DNA of 39,901 nucleotides. It comes from a virus. Taxonomy: Duplodnaviria > Caudoviricetes. The notes beneath the pieces are model-generated. The model ran no database searches. It saw only the letters and a program-made list of their open reading frames with translations, and was not told the origin of the DNA. Shown one piece after another: positions 17,628 to 25,000 of this stretch (its first letter is position 1; the number at the start of each line of letters is the position of its first letter). Made by a program: the position numbers and the translations under genes. The stretch is from positions 1 to 39,901 of IMG/VR virus record IMGVR_UViG_3300005573_000023; one strand, written 5' to 3'.

Positions 17628-17831
17628 TCACTGCGCTAACTCCAACTTCTTGACTTCCTTGAATTTTTTTTCGAAGAAGTCAATTAGCCCTTCTCTTACT
17701 TCTTGTCTGATTTCTGGCCCCATGTTATCCAGGGCTACCTTAAAATAAATGGAAAGTTCGGGCAGGATCGCCCAGGTCTCATCGGCCAGCCAGACGGCGG
17801 GACAGGAACGGGAGGAAGGGGAATTAGCCAT
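17628..17831 (-). CDS. Small protein in the cII position
   Basis: First gene after cro, G-rich SD before ATG 17831; function inferred from position only. Confidence 0.55.
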   Translation of the reverse strand: MANSPSSRSCPAVWLADETWAILPELSIYFKVALDNMGPEIRQEVREGLIDFFEKKFKEVKKLELAQ

Positions 17832-17854
17832 TAAGACCCCCCTGTATAAATTTG

Positions 17855-17882
17855 TTGGCAAATTATTTTGTTGTTCTATAAT
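17855..17882 (+). promoter_or_regulatory. PRE-like promoter (antisense to cro, towards cI)
   Basis: TTGGCA 17855-17860, 16 bp, TATAAT 17877-17882. Confidence 0.55.
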
Positions 17883-18112
17883 TGTTGATATTGGTCGTGC
17901 CATATTTCCTGGGGGTCAACCCCGAGGATACGGCATAGTTCTTTCCTGACCTCTGGGAGAACCAGGGAACCTCTGAAGATGTGATTGATTGTGGAGCGAT
18001 GGATTTTTCGCCCCAATCTCTCGGAGAGGATTTCGGCGAGTTTGGCCTGTGACAGGCCCTTCTCTATGGTTAGGATTTTTAATTTTCGATGGACAGGATT
18101 TAGTTCATACAT
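17876..18112 (-). CDS. cro: Cro-like XRE HTH regulator
   Basis: GLSQAKLAEIL...IHRSTINHIFRG...LGVDPQEIW; divergent from cI. Confidence 0.85.
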   Translation of the reverse strand: MYELNPVHRKLKILTIEKGLSQAKLAEILSERLGRKIHRSTINHIFRGSLVLPEVRKELCRILGVDPQEIWHDQYQQL

Positions 18113-18146
18113 TGACCATACCTCCTTTAGGTAAAATTATGCAGTC

Positions 18147-18195
18147 GAGATACAACAATTGTTGGAACATGTCAAGCCAAAAATACAACAATTAT
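18147..18195. promoter_or_regulatory. Immunity region: leftward lytic promoter and operators
   Basis: Minus TTGACA (18175-18170)-17 bp-TATCTC; palindrome CAACAATTGTTG (18153-18164) in the spacer; ATACAACAATT repeated at 18150 and 18183. Confidence 0.7.
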
Positions 18196-18209
18196 TTAAA
18201 TTAAGTTAA

Positions 18210-18647
18210 ATGGCTGAAAAATCTCCAGAATTTAGCGCAAGACTAAACTCCCTATTTAAAGAAAAGGGGCTAAATCCAAACAGGTTTGCCAATGTTCTGG
18301 GGATAAAGACGCAAAACATCTATAACTATTTGAAAGAAGGACGAATTCCGGAAGCGCCCATCCTGTATAAGATCGCCCAAGCCCTGGGCGTCTCTATGGA
18401 ATGGCTCCTAACCGGTAATGGCGAATAAAAACAGGGGGATAGGACTGGCAGGCTTACCCGTTTCGACGACTATCTTTTGCAAAAAGACCCGGCATACAAA
18501 AAGGCAAAGGACGACCTGTATCGTATATTTGCTTCGAAAAGATCCGACATCAAAAAGGTGGTGGCAAATACCCTGGCGGTCTGCGCCGAGACCGTTGATG
18601 ATCATGAGAGACATCTGCTTACGACCGGGACTTCGCCTGGAAAATAG
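18210..18647 (+). pseudogene. cI: CI-like repressor interrupted by in-frame TAA (18426-18428); only the 72-aa HTH domain would be made
   Basis: XRE HTH ending LGVSMEWLLTG; the same frame stays open 72 more codons to TAG 18645-18647. Confidence 0.7.
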
Positions 18648-18737
18648 CTCGGGGCCGTGGTCATGTATCGCCGACCAACGGCCCCGAAGACCAGAGGCGG
18701 AAAGTAATTTTCGTAAAATTTTGAACCGTATTTCAAA

Positions 18738-18766
18738 TTGACGGCCACAATGAAATGTTCTATATT
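18738..18766 (+). promoter_or_regulatory. Sigma70 promoter for the int leader / integrase
   Basis: TTGACG-17 bp-TATATT; predicted +1 about G18774. Confidence 0.8.
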
Positions 18767-18773
18767 GGAGTTT

Positions 18774-18820
18774 GCCGACTCCTCCCACCGCCCATCTTGG
18801 AGGCAAGATGGGCGTTCTTT
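18774..18820 (+). ncRNA. Integrase leader RNA / attenuator (~47 nt)
   Basis: 15-nt unpaired 5' arm, perfect 11-bp stem CGCCCATCTTG/CAAGATGGGCG with GGAGG at the loop and ATG in the 3' arm, then TTCTTT. Confidence 0.65.
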
Positions 18821-19872
18821 CCCCTCCATTAACCATGCGATGTAAATGGTATCGGAAGGGGCCGAATTCCTACCAGGTATATCTTCACTGGCAAGGTAGG
18901 GCCTATTATCGCTCTCATTATGACCATCGCTTCAAGCTGATCAACGAAGAGATGGCCCGTCGTCTGGCCGATGCCATAAATCAGGACATAGACCTGAAGG
19001 GTCCAGGCTTCGATCCTAGGCAATGGTTTGAGACCAAAGGCTTCTTATTCAAAGAGTATGCCAATAGGTGGCTGGCCGAAAACCAAGACAGATACGCACC
19101 ATCGGTGGTGAGAGATGTGGTTCGTATGGTGTCGTCTTTCGTCGCCTATTTCGGCGAGATGGACATCAGGTCTATTAGGGCCGGCAACATCGCTGACTAT
19201 CTCAAAACTCTATCCCGCCTGTCGCCCAAGACACAAAAGAATTATTTGATTCAGCTCCATAAGATTTTTTCCGATGCCCTAAAGCGTGAAGACATTGCCC
19301 GGATTCCGGGATTCCCGTCCATTATTGTTCCAGAGCCGGAAACCAGGTGGCTATCCGAAGCAGAGCAGGATAGGGTATTCGAGAAAATTCCGGAGGAACA
19401 CCGCCCCATCTTTTGGTTTCTCCGGATCTATGCCTGCCGTCCAGCAGAGGCCAGGGCCCTAATGTGGGACATGGTGTCATTTGAAAAAGGAATCATTGTC
19501 GTTAGGCGGTCCTTCTCCGGGGGCCAATTAAGAGAGCACACCAAGGCCAGGGAGATTAGGTATCTGCCCATGATTGAGCCCATAACCTCCATCCTCAGAG
19601 AGATCAGAGGGATCAGCGGTTTTGTTTTCCGCCGGCCAAATGGAAGGCCCTATGGCGCTGATATGGGCAAGATCTGGAATAGGGCCTGTGAGGCGGCCGG
19701 CGTCGAAAGGATATGTCTCTACCAGGGAACCAGGCACAGCCGGGCCACCCAGCTGGCGAGAGACGGCAAAAGTCTGAGGGGCATACGAGATCTCCTCGGA
19801 CATGCCAGCCAGAGGACGACCGACCGCTATGAGAAGGCGGCAGCCGAAGGGATCAGAAAGCTGCTGGAATGA
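18808..19872 (+). CDS. int: Tyrosine integrase
   Basis: Catalytic R (ACRPAEA), K (HTKA), YQGTRHS, LLGH, TTDRY; start 18808 (GGAGG 4 nt upstream) or 18835. Confidence 0.95.
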   Translation: MGVLSPPLTMRCKWYRKGPNSYQVYLHWQGRAYYRSHYDHRFKLINEEMARRLADAINQDIDLKGPGFDPRQWFETKGFLFKEYANRWLAENQDRYAPSVVRDVVRMVSSFVAYFGEMDIRSIRAGNIADYLKTLSRLSPKTQKNYLIQLHKIFSDALKREDIARIPGFPSIIVPEPETRWLSEAEQDRVFEKIPEEHRPIFWFLRIYACRPAEARALMWDMVSFEKGIIVVRRSFSGGQLREHTKAREIRYLPMIEPITSILREIRGISGFVFRRPNGRPYGADMGKIWNRACEAAGVERICLYQGTRHSRATQLARDGKSLRGIRDLLGHASQRTTDRYEKAAAEGIRKLLE

Positions 19873-19874
19873 GA

Positions 19875-20054
19875 AACCTTGCAGAACCTTGCCGACCCAC
19901 CCATATCTAATCGATAATATTACAGAACATTCGGGTTCGAACCCCGTTGGGACCACCAGATTTTCATAATATTTCCAATATATTGCCAACTTGATGGACC
20001 TTGCGAAACCTTGCAGGATGGGATTGCCGGCAATGATTGAAATTGCAACCTTGC
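19875..20054 (+). repeat. Integrase arm-type sites flanking the att core
   Basis: (A/G)ACCTTGC at 19875, 19885, 19997, 20007, 20047; pairs are 10 bp apart. Confidence 0.85.
19932..19958 (+). mobile_element. attP core = 3' end of a tRNA (probably tRNA-Glu)
   Basis: CGGG-TTCGAAC-CCCGT-TGGGACC-A-CCA: T-arm, acceptor strand, discriminator and CCA; no 5' half. Confidence 0.9.
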
Positions 20055-20090
20055 ATTATTTACAAATTGTGAGTAGGCGTGATATAAGAT

Positions 20091-20210
20091 GGGTCTGGAA
20101 CGGTCATCGCCCGTTGTGATCGTTCGACCCCTGATCAGAAGGGTATATAGACGGGAAGGGGGCAGGCCCCAAATGCCCTGAATGAAGGGCGGGGAACCTG
20201 CCCCCTTTTT
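20091..20210 (+). ncRNA. Candidate structured small RNA with intrinsic terminator
   Basis: Upstream TTTACA...TG-A-TATAAG; 5' hairpin 20091-20130; 3' multi-stem 20156-20207 with T-tract. Confidence 0.55.
20156..20210 (+). terminator. Long terminator hairpin
   Basis: AAGGGGGCAGG/CCTGCCCCCTT outer stem, inner CCCC/GGGG and GCCCT/AGGGC, then T-run. Confidence 0.8.
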
Positions 20211-20221
20211 ATTCGATAGGA

Positions 20222-20494
20222 CTACCAGATTTGACCTCTCCTCTGAGTTCCTCCCCCAAAGTTGTTATAGGGATCGCCCGGAGTGATGATTCCCTTGTTG
20301 GGGTTGTAATTTCCGGGATAATTGTAATTGTCGGTCCGGGTCCCGTTAGGATAGGTCCTCTGATAGGGCTGGACCCAGGTATCCTTTACCCCATCCCGGT
20401 CGGTGTCCCGCCAGTATCCATGCACCCAGGCCCCGAAAGACACCGATGCAAAAACCAAGACCATTGCCAAGGCCAAAAATACGATTTTTTTCAT
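20222..20494 (-). CDS. Small secreted protein (moron)
   Basis: Signal peptide MKKIVFLALAMVLVFASVSFGA; VHGYWR...VQPYQRTYPN.TRTDNY..PGNYNP; GGAGG SD. Confidence 0.85.
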   Translation of the reverse strand: MKKIVFLALAMVLVFASVSFGAWVHGYWRDTDRDGVKDTWVQPYQRTYPNGTRTDNYNYPGNYNPNKGIITPGDPYNNFGGGTQRRGQIW

Positions 20495-20530
20495 AGGCAC
20501 CTCCCCAAAAAATAATTTTACACCATGTTT

Positions 20531-20559
20531 ATTTTACGGAGGTAACCTGCCAATGTCAA
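20531..20559 (-). promoter_or_regulatory. Sigma70 promoter of the moron gene
   Basis: Minus TTGACA (20559-20554)-17 bp-TAAAAT (20536-20531). Confidence 0.8.
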
Positions 20560-20566
20560 CAAATTT

Positions 20567-20914
20567 TTATTGGTTATCCAGGCCAAGGATTTCTTCAATT
20601 TTTTTGACTCGAGCGAGAACATCCTTGAGGTCGAGACGGTCTTCCTGCCCAGCCTGTTCTGCTCTTAAGGCCGCTAATCCCGATCTTGCCTGTTCCCGCA
20701 AGATCTGTTTAGTCTTAGCCTGATTGATTCTATTGGTAGCCTCTTCGTCAACGATCCACTTATCACCGGGGACGCCGTTTCGCTTATAGACCTTGCCGTC
20801 GTCCGGAGGATCATCCAGAATAACGGATGCCGGAAATTCTTTGTCAATGTCCTCAGCGCCAAGTATATTACCATTTTTGTCTAAGAAATATCGCTTAGCC
20901 ATTTCATCCCTCAT
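20567..20914 (-). CDS. Tail fibre assembly/chaperone-like protein
   Basis: Follows the tail fibre; PP...W.VDEE then coiled coil. Confidence 0.6.
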   Translation of the reverse strand: MRDEMAKRYFLDKNGNILGAEDIDKEFPASVILDDPPDDGKVYKRNGVPGDKWIVDEEATNRINQAKTKQILREQARSGLAALRAEQAGQEDRLDLKDVLARVKKIEEILGLDNQ

Positions 20915-22086
20915 GTCTTAATGATGAAGTTCACACCCATTACAGGTTGGATGTTATTATGAGCACTGCCGCCGCCAGTGTTTTGGATAGTTATTCCTGT
21001 TGTAGATGAGTCAACACTCTGATAGCCAAGAGTTCTATTCCCGTCACCAATACAGTATTTATCAACTATATTTGCTGATCCACCAACCTGGATAGAATGA
21101 GAATGCCCCGAATCATTGACTCCGTGATTATGAGACGGTATTTCAGATGTAGTTAGAGCGTGAGTCTCGGCACCTTTCCATGTTCCAAGTGATATTGCAG
21201 TCAGAGACGAGCCGCCGGTTGGTAGACCAGTTCCGGATGAGCCTCCTCCAGTTCCAGTCCCTGCACCTATTGGGACTCTACCCCTGAGATCAGGAACATT
21301 GAAATGAGAAGAGTCAGCTGCACCGTAAGTGGTTCCTATTACATTGAATAGGTCAGGATAGTTAGATCGTAGGTAAGAAGCTCCATCACATAGTAACCAA
21401 CCATCTGGAGCAGTGGCACCACCATACATCTTAATCACGCCAGGCAGGTCTGAAATGGCTGCGAGCTCATTAACATTTGCGCATTGTAACAGGGACGCCC
21501 CAAAGGATGTAATGACGATGCCAAGCAGATCTATTACCGCTTGGGCATCAGCAGCCGCCACCAGTTCAGCACCAAACTCGGAGACCAAGGTCTCGCCGAT
21601 AGAGGTTTTGTTCTCGAGTCCAGAACCATCAGATTTCCAGCCGATTACGGCATCTGCTTGTGGTTCGGGCATCTCCTGCGACGCCCCACCGGAATACGAT
21701 ATTGGATAGGTGAACGACCTGTCGGTTACCTCTTTGATCTGCTGGACCATCATGGTCAATTTGTCCAGGGCATCCTCGTGGGCCTCCGCCGGGAATGGAT
21801 CATTGGGCGGATAATCCGTCTCCTGAAGGAAGTCCAGCGACCTCACGATCACCAAGGTTTCTCCGGTGGCCGGAGCAGTGATCATCTCCACATTTCCACC
21901 ATCATCATCACCGGCTCCACTCACCGTATAATCCGTATTGAGCACTTGGGTGGTTTCTTTCCCATTCGTATCCCGCAAGATCACGAGTAGGTCAGAATCA
22001 TTAAAAATCTTGAAGGTATACGGAAACGTTGTAGTGGTCCCGTTGCCAGAATAGGATACTTTGTTCGTAGAAGATGATACGGTCAT
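20911..22086 (-). CDS. Tail fibre (T7 gp17-like N-terminal anchor + tail collar domain)
   Basis: YSGNGTTTTFPYTF...DALDKLTM; PDGWLLCDG...YPDLFNVIG...FNVPDLRGR; HNNIQP...NFIIK. Confidence 0.93.
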   Translation of the reverse strand: MTVSSSTNKVSYSGNGTTTTFPYTFKIFNDSDLLVILRDTNGKETTQVLNTDYTVSGAGDDDGGNVEMITAPATGETLVIVRSLDFLQETDYPPNDPFPAEAHEDALDKLTMMVQQIKEVTDRSFTYPISYSGGASQEMPEPQADAVIGWKSDGSGLENKTSIGETLVSEFGAELVAAADAQAVIDLLGIVITSFGASLLQCANVNELAAISDLPGVIKMYGGATAPDGWLLCDGASYLRSNYPDLFNVIGTTYGAADSSHFNVPDLRGRVPIGAGTGTGGGSSGTGLPTGGSSLTAISLGTWKGAETHALTTSEIPSHNHGVNDSGHSHSIQVGGSANIVDKYCIGDGNRTLGYQSVDSSTTGITIQNTGGGSAHNNIQPVMGVNFIIKT

Positions 22087-25000
22087 TTTCCCCTCTCCTT
22101 CTTGGGCGGCCTAAAAAATAGATCTGCCGGACTCGTGTCTTTTCCCTCCCATAGATCCAAGAGGGCCTTCATAGTGATTACAGCCTGGGCCGTGGGCAGG
22201 CCAAAGGTATAACCGGTTAACATCAATGAGTGTTTGATGATGTTCCAGGCCTTTGGATCCTTGGCCTTAATGGCCTTTTGCAAATCATGTAATTCATAGA
22301 ATATGCCGAAGGCAGCGCTGGGCTTGGGATCATAATCGGTCAGAATGGCATTGACCGCATCCCGCAAGAGCGGGAACCCGGCGGCCAAATACTGCGCAAT
22401 GTTTGTCGCATATTCCTTGGGACCAATGAACCTTTGCTGTCTGAAGGATTCCTCCAGATAGACAGGAACAAGAACCAGCCAGGTAAAGGCCTGAAACAAC
22501 CCAAAGACGCCTATGTTCCCCAGTTTAAAGTCATACCATCGTTCAATCAATCTGTTGAGGAGGGCGTTAAAAAAAGTCTGGAACATAGTGAATATGGACA
22601 TGGGGCCTTCCTTGCCCACCTGAAGCAATTTAGGCAAATCCTTTGTTGCTCCTGATCCTTGGGTCAACCTCACCACCTGATCGGCATACTCAATAGCCCT
22701 TCCTTCACTCCATCCAAACTTGTTCAAGCCATGGAAATAGGCGGTTAACCAAGTGGGATATGTTACAGAGGCATCCATAGTGTTCATGAAGAAAAAAAAG
22801 GATTTTTGCACAAGCTCCTTGTACCCGTCCCCTTTAGGATTGAACTGCTTCGAGAATTGGGCAATCTCCCGATCCAAGGTTTCTTGGCTATATCGGGTAG
22901 CCATCATGGCCGATCGTGCCTTTACGAATTCAGCCCAATAGCCCGGATGGGCATAGAATGTTTTCAGCCCGCCCATAAATGGGATGAGACCAAGCATATC
23001 GATTGCCTGCGTTGCAGCAAGAGGTTGAACGGCGGCAGTGATAAACTTCCAGCCCATGATCACAATACTGGCCTTCTTCCGAAGAGAACCGAACATGCGC
23101 TCCCAGGTGGTGATGGGCTGTAACCTGGGTCTGGCGATGGCCTGTAGCCAAGGTCCGAACTGTTTATAGGCTTCAGGCCACAACGCCTGTTCGATAGCTG
23201 CCCGCAGGTCAGGATGATAGATGAGCTTTTGGACGTCCCGGATTTCTCTCGCATGGGTCACGAAATGAATCACATCGTTGATATGCTTGGTGATGACGGA
23301 GAAATCCAGCAGCGGGAACATCTTTCCGCCCTTGCGCTCAATAGTAAAACCTTTTTCGGGGGTCGGCCTGGCATAATAATTGGCGAACATATCCTTTTCG
23401 GCCATGGCCAACATGTACTGTTCCGCTCTCTTACTCTGCTTGGGGTCGAACACTAACGGAAAATACATTCCCTCTACTTCGCCATAGGGTGTCTGGACCG
23501 TAATGCCCTCAACCTTTTTCAGCGGCACGCCGGTCATTTCCCTATGGACCTCATTGAGCGGTTCATACAGTTCGTTGATCAAAGCCCATATATCCTTGAC
23601 CAGCTCCCATTCCTGCCTGCTTAATTTGTTGGTAATGGCCTGGATGGTATCATCGGTCCATTTCATATCTGGGTTCGGCCCCGATCCCTCTTTTAATGCC
23701 AACCGATTGCCGGGGTTGCCGCTATTTAGGGCCACCATGATCATCTGCATCTTGGTCAGATATTTTTCCGGAAGGCCCTCTATGGCTATTTTTTTATCCA
23801 GCCAGGTCCTACGCTCTTCGGCCGGTATCTTTTCGAAAATAGCTTGGAGGCGCTTCATGACATCCTGGCCCATCTTGATTTCTTTGTCTTCGGCGGCCTT
23901 GATTTTGCCGAAGATGTTCTCATAGACTGGACCAAACGGTTTCAGCCCATCGAGCATTCGAACAATAACTTCGGGCTTGATCAGTTCGGTGGCCCCTTCC
24001 TTGCTCAATTCCAGCATCTTTTTGAATATGTTCTTGGCCTCTTCGAACTCCAGATGACCGGATGGGGGTTTCATCTTCGGCCCATATATGGCATTGACCT
24101 TCACTACCATATCCTCCACGGCCTCTTGGATGTCCCTCTTTTTTTGCTCGGCCAAAAATTTGCTCCGATTCCGGCCCAGGTATTCAAGCTGCCGGACGGC
24201 ACTATATAGATCCATCAGCTCATCGTAGGTGTGCCCCAGGGCATCGCCTCTGTAATTGCGATCCAGAATGTCGTCACTGATGTCTACCAGCTCGCCTTCG
24301 GACCGTAAAGACTCTACAAATTGACGCAGGCTCGGCATCCCCTCGCGAGGGAAATCTTGCCGTGCAATAATGCCGTGGTCGGCCAAGAGGTCCAAAATCT
24401 GACTCTTGAAATCCCAATCGATGGTTTTGGATTTGGCCACCTTATCAAAATATTTCCTCGCCCTTTCGATTTCTCGCTGTGCCCTGTATTGCTCCTTCAA
24501 CCGAATGATAATTTCTCTTTTTCGTTGTAACTGTCTTAAGGCTTCCTCTAATTCAGCCGATCGCGAAAGGTCTTTAATGTCTTTGGCGGTTAGGGCCTCT
24601 CGCGCGGCTCGGGTAGCCTTCTCGAGGCCGGCCTTTAGGGCATCATCGGAAACAAGCAGTTCGGAGACCCTGGCTCTTTCTATTTCGTCCCTGGTTCGCC
24701 TGATTAGGTCTTGCGTCTTGGTGATCTTGATATTTTTTTTCAACATCTGTTTGGACAATAGCTCGACTTCAGTCTCCAGCATAGACAGATATTCATCGGT
24801 AATGGCCGATTCTTCTATTTTATGCTCCGCATCAAACTCTTGCATCTTTTCCTGGACATATCGTTTGACGAATTCCTCCTTGGGTTCGGCCTGCATGAGC
24901 AGATCAACCAATTGATCGGTGGATATATCGCCATGACCAAACGCCACCATAGTGTGAGATAGTTTGCCGTTTTCTTGGACCAGCCCAGGGTGGCGCTGGG

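Noticed and set aside
18418-18741. 107-aa ORF from the track as a real gene
   Set aside because: Arg/Pro-rich shadow-like composition and no SD; the cI frame is the more protein-like reading.
19921-19958. Functional tRNA gene
   Set aside because: Only the T-arm and acceptor 3' strand are present; no D or anticodon arm.
20128-20190. Hammerhead ribozyme (CTGATCAG / CTGAATGA)
   Set aside because: Neither matches CUGANGA with a correctly placed GAAA and stems.
20200-22086. Diversity-generating retroelement as in BPP-1
   Set aside because: No reverse transcriptase ORF and no TR/VR pair differing at adenines was seen.
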